This document shows, piece after piece, positions 35,621 through 53,824 of a DNA stretch of 64,000 nt. The stretch comes from Phoronis australis. Its lineage: Eukaryota; Animalia; Phoronida. Position 1 is the first letter of the stretch. The number at the start of each line of letters is the position of its first letter. The translations under genes were made by a program, and so were the position numbers. Under the pieces are notes generated by a model. The model had not been told where the DNA came from and ran no database searches. It was given only the letters and a program-made list of their open reading frames with translations. The DNA is taken from contig NMRA01000399.1 of the NCBI GenBank assembly GCA_002633005.1, forward strand, positions 326,089 to 390,088, read 5' to 3'.

Positions 35621-37489
35621 GTACGTGCATGTCCCCAATTTTACTTCTGTACTGTGTAGTTAGGCGAGCGCGTCTGCTTGTTTGGTGAAATGGCTGTAAA
35701 AGTCAATTGGCTACAGGGCGGGTGAGCACGAAATCTTGTATGATTGAGACCAGATGTCAACCTGGAAGTGTGTTTGGATCATCACGCGAGCTACAAAATT
35801 GGACACGGTACACAACGTGACATGCCTTGCAGTCACAGGGCAGCATAGCAATGTTTTGTTTAGAAAACCTTGTGACAAAGTTGTGTAAACAAGAAGATTT
35901 GCTAACGACCAAAATATAATCCTGGGAAAAATTCCTTGCATGTGAAACAAAATATGCGTGCTTATTAAAAGTAATTCTTAAAAGTAAGACAGACAGTTGA
36001 AAATTTTTTAGCACAGTCTCACATTGATACGTCAGCTTCTGTTAGTCAAAATAATTGGTGAAAAGTTGGGTATGAGAGAGTGGAAGTTTGAAAATTGGTG
36101 AAAGTCTTTTACCCGACAGCACGTGCTACCACAGAATTATTCTCAAGATTCGGTGGCTGCAATTAAGTCAGCGAACAGCTTCACAAACTTAGGCAAATAC
36201 TTTTAGTAGAAGGGGGACACAAGTTTGTATTTATTTCAAATATTCAAGGCTCAAAATACTACAGAGGCACCATTACAAACATTTGTTAAGGTGTTGATGA
36301 TCCTCAACGAAGAGCTCTGATGTTAACCAGAACCAAGAGCCTCTGCTATCCCAATTCATACCATCCGGTGTTGCTAAGACGCTTGGTTTACATCTCTCGT
36401 AGTCTCGCGCGCTTATTGCGTGATTTGGTCTCGCGCGCGAAAAGCGCTGCGCTCGTCACATGACTCAAAGCATTACTGCTATTGTTTGCTGTGATGACGT
36501 AATTACAAGCGTAAAGTACATGTTAATGTCATGGATTTTAAACTTGAAAATTGAACATTCACAAGACGGAATACTTCATTACGTGCGCAAACTTAGATTT
36601 AGGGTAAAGCGGATAAAGCCGGAAACCAGCCAAAACGCCTATCTTCCCCTAGCAGTGATGAACGAATTTAAAGCCCAACTGGTAATGATAACCCACAGAA
36701 AGTATAGGTTAGATTGATTTAGAAATATTTTCGAGGGAGTGCAAAATTTTCAGCACCATGACAACGAATCACGATGAATGGATAAATCCCCAGGAAAGCG
36801 ATGATTATGCACAAGTAATAGAGATAACTTTGCTGAGTTTCGAGCAGTGGTCTACATTTGGACAGATTTCGAAATAATTACACCGTTTTATCATGATAAC
36901 ATTGTTAGGCTTATTTAGAACAACTTTAGGGTCACGTCATAGACAGGTGAGGATATTTAAACCAGCTTTACAAATTCTCCCAATTGAACGATTCCTCTCT
37001 AACCTGCATTTACTATAGAATGGAAACGTTTGATTAGAATCTGATAATTAGCATTGGACAAGGACTCGCGTCTCTAGAAATATTTCGTTTATTCATTTAA
37101 TACGTAAGAATGAGAACGGTTCCAATAAGAACAGCAAATGCGACGGATCACCCTGATTTATGACGCAACAACCCATCTCAATAATTTTGTTTCAAAATTC
37201 TAACACTTTTATAAAGAAGCAGTCAGTCAAGCTTTGAAAAATCCGTTTTGCTTTTGTATGTTACAACATGATGCCTATTACAGGATACAAGTAACGAATA
37301 CACATAATGTGTCAAAGTGTATATCAAGTGAAGTTAGATAAACGCTAAAATTAAACCCTAGAAGCTTTGGCTGGATTACCAACAATAATAACGCGAATGG
37401 GATCAGTAACAATAGGATATCGTATCTAAATTGTTCAGAGATTAAAACACATGACCAAATTCCCAACGTCATCCAAGCGAGAATATTGA

Positions 37490-37495
37490 TATAAA
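37490..37495 (+). promoter_or_regulatory. Putative TATA box of the cathepsin L-like gene
   Basis: TATAAA about 55 nt upstream of the ATG in context aaccATG at 37549. Confidence 0.5.
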
Positions 37496-37548
37496 TGTAA
37501 TACATCCCAAGGGAGAGCCAGATGCGAAGTTTCTCGAAAATCCAAACC

Positions 37549-42229
<4,681 letters not shown>

Positions 42230-45200
42230 TAACGTCAAAGATCACGTGCTCAGTTGCATTGCACCAATCAAAGTATTTTACACGAATCATCTCCTGATAA
42301 GCAGACTGAGTGAGCAACTTGTTGCTCCAATAAACCAGAAATGTCCTCACGTGAGCGAAGAACAGTTGCTTCCAAATCACTCTCGCAGTTTGTGACACTT
42401 TGAAATGTTACAAAGTCAAGTTGTATCTCAAACGTTGTAGCGCTCAGCCATTAACGTCATGCGAACCAAAAGAGTGTAGTCCCCTAATTCTGATTGAAAC
42501 TGTCAGACATGAATAATATTACGACCTGTTGCAACTTTGGGAAACTAGTTTGTGGTAATTTAAATTGTGATAGATATGATGACAGGTTTGGATTCAGGGG
42601 CCATGTTTTACAATACAACTGTGACAGTTTGGTGTTTTTGCGACAAGTTGTTCTTTTGGGTAGTCAATATATGAATTCCGATTCAAAAAAGAAACTTAAC
42701 GAGTTGAACAGTTTGGATTTGTAATAAATTTAATTGTAAACGGCGTGTTGTCTATTTCTGATTGCGCTCGTAGTTTTCGCAATGTTTTTCATTGACCTTG
42801 GCATCTGCATCAAGTGAAGATTGAGATTTTAATTCTTATCTGCCTTGTATAAGACATTTGAAGTCAACCTACAAACAAAGCAGACTACTACCACGGTTGC
42901 CCCAGTAGGCCCTAAAAAACTCCCGAAACACTTTCGGCAAGAAATGTTCGTTAAAAGAGCGAAATCAGTGAAGTCTATCATCAGTCCAATCTCACCGACC
43001 AATCAAATATGAGCGGCCGCCATTTTGTTAAGGTATGCTAAGGTCACGAGCATACTCGCGAAGCAATCACTTTTCGCATTCATGATCGTGCCTTTTGGTT
43101 AGATTCTTAGGTGTTCGTGTGAATTTAAAAGCTGCCCCATCTTCCCAGTGAAATTAAGCCATGATCTCTCAAGAGCTCCCCCCCCCCAGTGCCTGCATGG
43201 GGGAAATCAATTAAAATTAGCCATGGGCATGTGTTATTGCCTCCGCCACCTGTTGTATGGGAATGAGCTTAGCATGCCTCGTTTAAATTTATTGCTCTCG
43301 TGCCTAGAAGGGTTTGAACTTCAAACAAAGGTTCAATTGTTATCCACTTGTCGCAGTGAACGCAGTATAAGCTCCGGAAAGATCAATTTTCAATCAACCT
43401 AAATTTAGTATTCATCCTCTAGCTCCATCCGAACCATACTGACACTAACATTGACATTCCATAGCAATAATCTAATGCTCGGAAAACATTAAATCTGGAG
43501 GAAATACCATATTGTCTACTTAACATACAAAATTACCAACGGGACTGCGCCATTTTACTTAATCAGAACTTCCCATGTTTCAAACACTTTATTTTACAAT
43601 AGTTACCCAAACAGGCAACGCTGTGTCACAACCCCTGCTCATTTGAATCATCATCTAGCAGCAATACCACATTTGAGACCATTGATTAAACAGCTCAAAG
43701 AAATAAGGCTCTGACACAAACCTGCCTAAGATTCTATGTTCCAAAATTACTTAACAACAATAAATATCCTTTAACTGTTTTAGAAAAAGTAAAACGCACC
43801 GATTTCAAGGTTTCTCTCAATTAACTACTTAAAATGGAAGGTATATTGAAACAGAATGCTCATTCTACCAAAATAGTAAATATTAGAAGCAAAATGTTAA
43901 CAAATATTAACCAGTCACAGCCCGCTGTTGTCAACCGCAGTGACACCTCAGCGACGATACCTTCGGAGGCAACGAAGTTAGGCATTCTCTATCTACTAAG
44001 GCGTCTACGCTTCACTGTTAAATCCGGAGTAAACTCGTTTTGTTATTTTGACACAGTGTGCTTATGAAATGAGACAAAAATGTTGGTACCACTACATGTA
44101 CGAAGCAATGGATGTATTGTAGTTGCCAGTAGCTATTAAAACCGGGCATTTTTGTGTGTGTAGATGACTATGTTTTGTCGCAATGGATACATTGTGTGTA
44201 CGTGGTTGACAGTTTGCCAATCAACTCACTTTATGCCTGGTACATCGTAAGATACATGTAGCAGTGCTCCTCTCTTGGCCCTTTCTCAGTCGTAGTCCAC
44301 TGATTATTGGAGCAGAAGTATCATACACAGCTAACGAAGTGGTTGACAACAACATTCGAAAATTCCACCACGTGATCACATGGCCCTTTGATAATTGGCC
44401 AGCTCATTGTCTATTGATCATGTTGCTAGTGACTACAATGTGAGACAGCTATTGGTTGTGGGATGACAAACAACTTGTATCTTTGTTTTATGATTTAACC
44501 ACCAGATGGGGCAGCTATTGGTTGTTGGATGGCAACAAACCGTAAGGGGGGCAGAACAGTTCTCACAGGGGTTTGCCTAAAAGAACACATGTCAATGGAG
44601 TCGTCACCCTTTCTTCAACTGCGTGCAAAGAACAACAAGTTTTGAGTCATTTCACATCACAAGCTCTCCAGATGAGCACAGACACTCTATTCTCCGGCTC
44701 TTGTGTTTTGACCATGAGGTTTCACTCCTACCGAAGAGCAAGGTAGACTAAGAAAAAGGAACAAAAAAGAAACTGTCAACCAACTAGCAAATCTGGCTTG
44801 TTTGAGGGCTACCTGAAACCGAAGCCATATTTCAGTATCACTCGCTACCCAGCAATGCACAATTGCAACAGAGGGCCGCCATCTTGAAAGAGAGTACAGC
44901 TAAAGCCGAGCAAGTGGTCTTTTTTCATTCTCATCATGTTCACCAGTACGTCAAGCAAACCACATTCACTTGGCCGACATACAATAGCTAGCTAAAAATG
45001 CACCCAAGCCTGGCCTTCCCCTAGATTTTAATATTTTAAACTACAGATTGGCCGCGGCCGCAGCATAACTGTTCAGTGTCACCTAACTCCCAACTAAGCC
45101 GATCCAAACTCCACCCCATGGCCCTTTATTTAGTGAAGCAGGGATCACGTGACTGTGTGTGTACCTAACCAGTTGGGTGACATTCAATATGTAAGATTCT

Positions 45201-46169
45201 GACATGTATGCATCTTGCTATTTTATTTCAAATATTATCAAATAAGAATGTTCACCTTGACCTTCTAAAAAGTGTGTCAATTTCAAGATCGCAATTGCCT
45301 CGTTGAACAGTTTTCATGTTATACTGATGGGATGTTTGTTATTGTATTTTATATCTACATTTGTGTTTCCCGATTCTCATATTTAATATGATGTCATTGT
45401 GAAGTATGATGTCGTGCGCTCTTATTTAAAGACATAATGACAAAAACTCAAGCCAAAAAGTTTCAAAAGAAGAATCTGAAATAAAAATAATATTCAAATA
45501 ATAAATTAGTCAGTGCTGTAAAACAACGACTCCTTTGCTGCAGACAGACCAACTGCGCCGTGCCGCTTTACCGGGTGATATTGGGACGTACTACGCTATG
45601 TTCTGGGATAAGCAAAATGGATTGGTACACGCGAAACAGGCCAGAAATAAATAGATTGAAGTCATGATAATCTTAAAGACCTATATTACACGGGCGGTGC
45701 AGCACTTAAAAAAGTGGGTGGGGCTATAGCCCCCGCTCCCCCACCCCCCTATGGTGCGCCACCTAACATGTGAGTCCAAACACTAATTCATGAGTCTCAC
45801 TGTAGATTTAATGGCCTATCGATAATCGGTTTGCTTTTAAACAAGCCCCGAACCACTGTTTTCTTTAAAACGTGCTATGCGTTATGAATACCTCCGAATA
45901 TACGTGTAATCGATATAAGTTCTAGCTCTTCAACGACAAGTCATTGCAGTGTTTACATACGATTAAGATCGTTATTTGTGAGTTTTTATAACGGTAATTA
46001 GCAGCCAGCTCGGTGTTATGTACAACTCTTAATTTACATTTCACCGAGGGTTACTCTTGAATTGTTGGCCTTACATTTAGAAACAAATAGCCACGCATAC
46101 CATGCTAAATAGTAAGCACTTTTTGTCGCGTTAGCGAATACTAATTGATAATTATTTTATCTTTGTGAT

Positions 46170-46485
46170 ATTCACCAGTCATCATCGCCCTCATCAATAT
46201 CTTAACCATCATTACCATTATTATCAAAATACTATCCTCAATATCAACGTCATCATTATCACAGTCATCGTCCTGATACTCATCCACGCCTTTCAACACT
46301 ATCATCTTGTGACTAACTTCATAATCACCTTCACCATCATTCCCATCATTCTCATCACCATCATCACCGTGATCATTATCACCGTCATCACTATCACTGT
46401 CACCAACACTATTATAATCATCACCATCACCACCACCACCACCATAATCACCATCATCATCATCACCATTACCATCATCACCATC

Positions 46486-46531
<46 letters not shown>

Positions 46532-46551
46532 CCATCATCATCACCATCATC

Positions 46552-46582
<31 letters not shown>

Positions 46583-47290
46583 GATGNNNNNNNNNNNNNN
46601 NNNNNNNNNNNNNNNNNNNNNNNNNNNNNNNNNNNNNNNNNNNNNNNNNNNNNNNNNNNNNNNNNNNNNNNNNNNNNNNNNNNNNNNNNNNNNNNNNNNN
46701 NNNNNNNNNNNNNNNNNNNNNNNNNNNNNNNNNNNNNNNNNNNNNNNNNNNNNNNNNNNNNNNNNNNNNNNNNNNNNNNNNNNNNNNNNNNNNNNNNNNN
46801 NNNNNNNNNNNNNNNNNNNNNNNNNNNNNNNNNNNNNNNNNNNNNNNNNNNNNNNNNNNNNNNNNNNNNNNNNNNNNNNNNNNNNNNNNNNNNNNNNNNN
46901 NNNNNNNNNNNNNNNNNNNNNNNNNNNNNNNNNNNNNNNNNNNNNNNNNNNNNNNNNNNNNNNNNNNNNNNNNNNNNNNNNNNNNNNNNNNNNNNNNNNN
47001 NNNNNNNNNNNNNNNNNNNNNNNNNNNNNNNNNNNNNNNNNNNNNNNNNNNNNNNNNNNNNNNNNNNNNNNNNNNNNNNNNNNNNNNNNNNNNNNNNNCA
47101 TCATCCCCACGTCCGTCATCACCATCATCCCCACGTCCGTCATCACCATCATCCCCACGTCCGTCATCACCATCATCCCCACGTCCGTCATCCTCATAAT
47201 CATCATCATCTCCACGTCCGTCATCCTCATAATCATCATCATTCCCACGTACTTCATCATCACCATCACCATCATCCCCAACCTCATCAT
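46170..47290. repeat. (CAT/CAC)n microsatellite and 24-bp repeat flanking an assembly gap (N 46587-47098)
   Basis: Trinucleotide runs; catcatccccacgtccgtcatcac units; 512 N. Confidence 0.95.
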
Positions 47291-47914
47291 AAGCACTCTT
47301 ATGGTATTCTATTATTATTCAAATCCCATCTGAAGGAAGAATGTTTTAATTGACCGCTTTCCAGTAAAGACCAAACAGAAAGTGAAAACTTGGTTGACTT
47401 TTTTCAAATTCATGTCCAGAACCTCGTTTCTAAAAGATGAAATTAAATCTTTGTTGGAATGAAACTTGCATGTGTTCTCTGTGAGCAATACGTAGGCAGC
47501 AATATTAGCACTGTGTCCTTGAATTTAGAGATTTATATCATTCGAATCTAGTATTTAGCCCAAAATTACATAAACTGGTGTGTGTGACTTCTGAACCAGA
47601 CAATATTGTGCCCAGGTTACCTTAACACTCCTTAATCACGTGACTCACGCGCCCTTTTTGAGTAACCCCCGGAGATTTATTGATATCACGTGTCTATTTC
47701 CTCTCTATTTCCGACAGCAATTCTAAAGAACCAAAGGGCCAGTTAAGAGTTCAGTGTGTTGCTGAGCAGACAATTGTCCACGAATCACGTCAGTCTGGGC
47801 ATTGACAGCCTAATTTTACTGTTAAAATTTGAAAGCATTGCGTCCGTTGCCACTGGTGGCTAATCCTTTCTTAAGGGCGTCTCTGTTACTTGAAGTCAAC
47901 GGAGCAACGACAAA

Positions 47915-47918
47915 ATGG
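47915..47918 (+). CDS. Putative start-codon exon end (ATG G) of the TRPV-like gene
   Basis: caaaATGG|gtaagt is a strong phase-1 donor; joined to 51801 it gives M-D-P-L-A-L-A-N-H in frame with the long ORF. Confidence 0.5.
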
Positions 47919-50900
47919 GTAAGTTAGACAATAAATACGATTTTCAAAAAGAAATGGGTGGCGTCCTAAGTCAAGACAACTTTAAGCCAAATAAAATCTT
48001 GTAATTTTGTAACTTTGAAATTTCAATGCGTTTCGTTCCATTAAAAGTGCCTGTAAACAATAACTGTAAACAGTTGCGTTATGCCGTCCACCGTCTCTAC
48101 TTGACATTTACGGTAAAGTATTATCATTGTCGAACAGAAGTAATTGCCAGACATGTGCTTTTTAATTTTCAAACGCTTTAGTCCAACCATCGTTGTCAAT
48201 GTGCTTTGTTTTCAAAATATTGTCCGTTGCTATTTATAGTACAAAATTTTAATGTACTTTTCTCTTACTATGTATCATGTGTGAAAAAGTAAGAAACTCG
48301 ATTCTTTTTGTCCTAAACTGATGTTACATTACCGTGGGATAATGTCTTGTCTTGAAACAAATTAAAATTGTCTTGTCGTTGCTGGTCTGTTTACGTATCA
48401 AAACAGTACTGCACTGTCAGTTTGTTTCACTTGTTACCTTAGGTGGGGAAAAGGTTGTCATCAGTTTTATGTAATCGAGTTAGTTGTTTTGACAGAACGT
48501 GGTTTTTTATAAGGGCTTTAACTGTCCGATATCGGCTGTATGATTTGGATTGTGACTAAATATTGATGATTTATTTCGGTGGTAATGCAATCGGGACAAC
48601 TTGGAAGTAATTCGGAAAGCTACTTGAAAAGTGTCACATTCAGCTTCCCAATTATCTCTCGTACGAACGTGTTATTCTTGGACTTTATGAGACGCACGAT
48701 TTTCTATTTAACATTTTGCTTCTAATAGCCAAACAGTACATTTACAAGGAGACATGTCACAAAAATATACCTAATTTTCACAAGTTTGTTACATATACTT
48801 ATGAGTATTATAATGCTGAAAATTTATTTCGTATAAAAACTTTGTGTGTGACAGCTTCTCCGCGAAATGGGAAAATTTCATTGTTCACATTAACTCCATG
48901 TAGAAGTTGTTTACTTTATACGAGATACGAGAGTGGTCTTTCCTGAGGTGCGCAAGCGTGAATGAATGGATGTATTCATTTGTTTGTTTGTTTTTGTACT
49001 TGTTTATAAATGATAATAAATACACGAAAAAAATATATTTATTTTAGCAGTCGCAACGTTTCGCTCGTGTCAAAATCTAAGGTATGCGAATGAAACAATA
49101 AAAACTGCGTTTTATGATTTCGGTTGACAAAGGTAAGGCAACAAATGCGGTTCTCATTAAATTTTTACAAGAAGGTGGCCTAACCGCAGTAACATGTGTT
49201 ATTTTTATATTAGTTTATAAACTTTCAATGATATAATAGAAATTACCCAAAAGGCGAATCATTGCATTTGCCTACTGGATCAGGATTGGCTGGTTCCGTT
49301 GTTTCTCCTATCCAATGAGAATTCTTAATTATTGCTTTAATGCGACATTTTCCTCTTTGTGACATTATTTTGCTTTTTATCTTCCTGTAAACATTTTTCT
49401 CTTTAATTTAAGATAAACGTCAACCTTCGTGAAATCCTCTCACGTTGCATCAAATGATGAATCCTCGATCGATGACAAAAAGTCATGCTATGAAACGCAC
49501 CACGGCCGTTTATAAACACATTACCCGACGCCGTTTTTTTGAGAAAGTTATCATTTTTATTTGAAAACAAACTAATAAAAAGCTTTTTGTTTAAAAACTG
49601 ATGGCGAATTCGTGTTTGAACTATATGTTCTTACTGTCAATACGCAGAGAAGCTTGTCTCAGATTTTTTGTTTTTCAATTCCTTCAAACAACAAATATAT
49701 CAACCATCAAAGCCACTTTCTAAAATAACAGTATTTACGTGACTAAATAAACAGTTGCCGTTTTTTTATCTGCTGTCAATCGCGTTTCTAGATGTACCAC
49801 CAAAACGCGTTATTTGAATATACTTAACTATTGATGTAGACGCAATCGCGCAGAATCACGTCGACATGTCAATATTTGAACTTTTTGTGCAATTATTTGA
49901 TTAGAACTTAAGCAAAGGAAATAATAGGAAAACTTATTGTATTTTTTCACTGCTCAGAAATTATGAAAGACACATTTAGCTAAATTTGACCAACCTTGGC
50001 TAACGTGTCACTTTTCAAAATTTAACCCCTCCTCCTTAGCAATCGCCGATGTGGAAGTTTGGGTAATATTGATCGAGTTTAAGAACTATTTGTCAATATT
50101 GGATATTAAATTTGATTTAGTTTTGCCTGCACTGTTGGTTCGAGTGGAGTCGTTTCAATATTGCATAATATTAGATTCATTAAGAACTAATTAAAAATAA
50201 CTGAAGTCTGTTCCCTATCGAGACAATAATAGCAACTAATTACGACTCTGCTTGTATAACCACGCACGCCATTATACATAACGACCATCAATTTTGCTGC
50301 GTGACGTGACTGAAAATCGAAACAGAATCCAAATTTCCAATAAATTCTCACCAGTGTTTGGAGAGTGTCATTCTCAACTATAGACTTCCAATAAAACAAA
50401 ACACCATTTGGGAATAAAGCCAATCAAAACAAAACCACCTGCGACATCGTTCATCGTGAACTGGACAGGAAAACAACATAAGTTCCGGCCAATCATTTGT
50501 GTCACGATAGGGGGCAGTGTTGGTCCAGAAACAAAACCTGCTGGTCTCAACCCGCAGTGTTTACGAAGATGGGTCACTGGACTAGTGACCTCTTCCCAAA
50601 TGTTTCTTAATAATAAATCCGAACATGAAATGTCGAGCTTCGGAGAGAGTACTTAGAAGTCCGACTACTTAGTCGTTGGATCACCCTGGTAAAATTAACA
50701 TACTTGGGCAACCAGAAAAGCGAGTGTGATCACGTGGTTTCATTTCTGATGCTCGCAGACAAAAACGATCTCTTATGCCGAGATCTCGCGAATTCTTGCA
50801 TTTTGCGTTTTATTGAATTTCTTGCGTGTACTGAACGCAGCCCAAATGTATGTATGCTCGGGAGGCGTGTAAATGACCTTTTACTGACGTTAAGGTGACG

Positions 50901-51800
50901 TAATCGGCGACAATGAAGCAGGAATAAAAAACTAAACACTGACATTTAAACGAATTTATCTCAGACAATACTCACCACTTGTTCGGATTTTTTTATCAAA
51001 ATTACGTAGATTTTCTTTCGTGAATGTGTTTTTTCTTTTGCTTTTATTTTCGCTAAATCTGTGAGGCCAGAATCTCCCGACATCCCCACCTAATGAATCA
51101 CGTGTCCTTCAGGTAACGCCTTCACATTTCCAGACACATCTTAGGACACGGTGTCTTACAACACAGTGGTCCAAAAGTATATACGTTACCAGTTACAGTT
51201 TTCAGGTTATTGGGTTTTCAAAGCGAAATTGCCCATTTGTATATTATCATGCCGCCGACTGCCCGAGATCACTTGAAAATTTTGCGGATCAGAGAGGGAG
51301 TCAATCAGTTACATAGTCAAAAGCTAGAACCTTTTCAAAAACAATTTTACGCTTGTGCTTAACATGGGTTGAAACGCAAAAATCTATGAAAATTTTAAGA
51401 CTTCAACCCTACCCAAAACTAACCCCTAGCTTGCGTTGTTTTGGTTGAATACCCGATTGCGTTTTGAATTCATTGTTCGACTATCAACAGAAGTCAACGT
51501 TTGGAGACGAGGTGTTGTCAAGCTTTATAACGTGAAAATGGATAAACTCTTCAGACAAAATATAATGATGTGGATGTCGAACGATTGATTTTTTCTCTTG
51601 TCGTTTTTTAGTTAAGTAATCAATTTATGTACCAGACAAGCTTTGTTTAAGTACACGAAATCGCCACAGACGGACCTAGCATTGTATTAAGGGTCCAAAC
51701 TTTTCGCCACACTTCAGACGTTTTAATGTACGCCGTTGCTAAACTGGAATAATAATAATAAATTCACTACATATCCATGAGTTTGGTTGTTTTTTTACAG

Positions 51801-53824
51801 ATCCTTTAGCACTGGCGAACCACGCCCCGGTCTTTGCCAAGTCGTCGCGTGTGACGCCAGTAGCAGAAGATTTTCGTGATACCCCCTTGAGTCATGGACG
51901 ACTGAATCTCGAATTAGAAGACATGGAAATGGGCTACACAGATGAGATGGTGAAGATTCCAGACTTCTTCATCCAAAGCAAAGACTCGCAAGAAATGCCA
52001 CTGGAGCGCTATGGCTTCTGGATGCAAGCGTTGACCAAAGGCAATATGGCGGAAATCGATTCCATCCTTAAGAATGCCGATACATTTGAGCAGCAGAAGA
52101 TGATCTGCGGCAAGTTTGTATTTCCCAACGAAGAAGTAGTTTACGCAACGTTTGGCCCTTTGATAGCTAAAGAGATGCTGCATTCGTACGTAGACTCGAA
52201 GAATTCGACTGGTCAGAGTTTAGTGTCCACCAACGCGCTGATTACGCTCTTGTCTTATGGTCACATGAACGTTGTTTTTAAATTGATCAAGATGGGCGCA
52301 GATGTACACTCCGCCGTTATGTTCAACTGGAATTTCATTCACGTTCTTTCTGTAATGAGTGTTCAGTCACCAACTAGCCAAGAAGCTGTCCAGATATTTC
52401 GGCAGATGAGAGAGTTCATCGTGGACCACCCGGATCTTGGTATGCCAGCTTTACACAAACTTCTTATGGCTGAAGACGATGTCGGTTTCCGGCCTGTCGA
52501 ACTGGCAAGTAGAATAGGCGCTTTGGACATGGCCAACGAAATCTTCAACACCGAAGGAGTGTACAGGTTCACCAAAACCTTAACTGGCTATCACAACGTT
52601 GCTTACTACGACATCACGGATTATTCGCTGCACGGAAAACGCAACCAATTCAATCCTTTGGCTTTACTTCTGTTGATCTCGTACGAGAGAGTGGCGCAGC
52701 TGACAAATTCCTCTCTTTTCTTAATGACACCTTTGATGATATGGGCGCAGAAATATATCAAATCATATTTGTGGTTCATGAGGTTTTGGATGATGTACAG
52801 ACTCGCTTATGTCATCTGTTTCATGGTCTTCTTTCAAGACTTGCTTGTGGTTACTTTCTTTGGGTTGAAACGAGATGCCATGCACGCGAAGGCGCGAAAT
52901 CTCAACACGGTTGCCAACGTGTCGAGTGAAGGATTTGATTTTGGTTGTGATATGAAGAGTTTTACTTCTTTCAGTCCTACCACTTTATTCTTAATCCTTT
53001 CACCCTTGCTTGGATTCCGTTTAATGACGACAATTATTGGACATACCTTTGATATGAGGATGTTCCTTGGGAAACTTCGCAAGGCAATGACGAAAATTTT
53101 GGCGGACGAGAAAAATCTGCGCACCATTGGTAACTGTGGCTTTTATTTGAAGTGCGACTTTTTGCATGTAATCTGCGCCGGGCTTGTGGCCATTTCTGTT
53201 CGAGCCATGGACTTAACTGAACCAGGCCAACGCACCTTCGCATTCATCTGCATTGCCGTGACAAGCATCTGCAACGTCTGGTCCTGTTTGTATTTCCTAA
53301 GACTTCATTCGATCGTCGGTTACTTTGTCGTCACGTTCCAAGAGATGATCGGTAACATGTTTAACTTCTTGATCGTGCAGTTTCTCATAATTCTATCCTT
53401 TTCTGTCACTTTCTTTGCCATCATCGGAAGCCAGTGCTTGCACACTGGCTTCGACTCCTTTGGACAGTCTTTTTATACAACCTTTATTACCATGCTTAAC
53501 ATGGTCGCGTTCACGAACGAGGTCGACATCCTGACGCCAGAAGGCATCGTGGTCGTTATTCTACACGTGATCTATGTACTGGTTGTGGCCATTTTACTTC
53601 TCAACTTCCTCATTGCTCTCATGTCAGACACTGTCAATCAAGTGTCCAAGTACAAAACAATCATCAACAGACTTCACCGGTTGTTTGTCTGTCTTACCAT
53701 AGCCAACCGACTGGGCTTTTTTGTAAGCAAGTATAATCTCTTCCAGTCGGAGTATATATTGAAAAACAATAAGGTCTACTTCGCCTCTACTTACAAAGAT
53801 GCTAAGCTTAGCGTGACAGCATAA
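51801..53824 (+). CDS. TRPV-like (TRPV5/6- or TRPVL-type) ankyrin-repeat 6TM cation channel, main coding exon
   Basis: 657-aa ORF, open back to acceptor ttttttacag|AT at 51800. Ankyrin-like motifs (SYGHMNVVFKLIKMGADVH, GFRPVELASRIGA), YDITDY, six hydrophobic segments, pore helix FDSFGQSFYTTFITMLNM, S6 ILLLNFLIALMSDT (cf. TRPV6 LMLNLLIAMMGDT). Confidence 0.8.

Noticed and set aside
46165-47333. Long Ile/Met/Thr-rich ORFs and the (CAT)n to (GAT)n inversion at about 46551
   Set aside because: These are translations of a trinucleotide microsatellite beside a 512-N gap; the inversion is probably a contig-end artefact.
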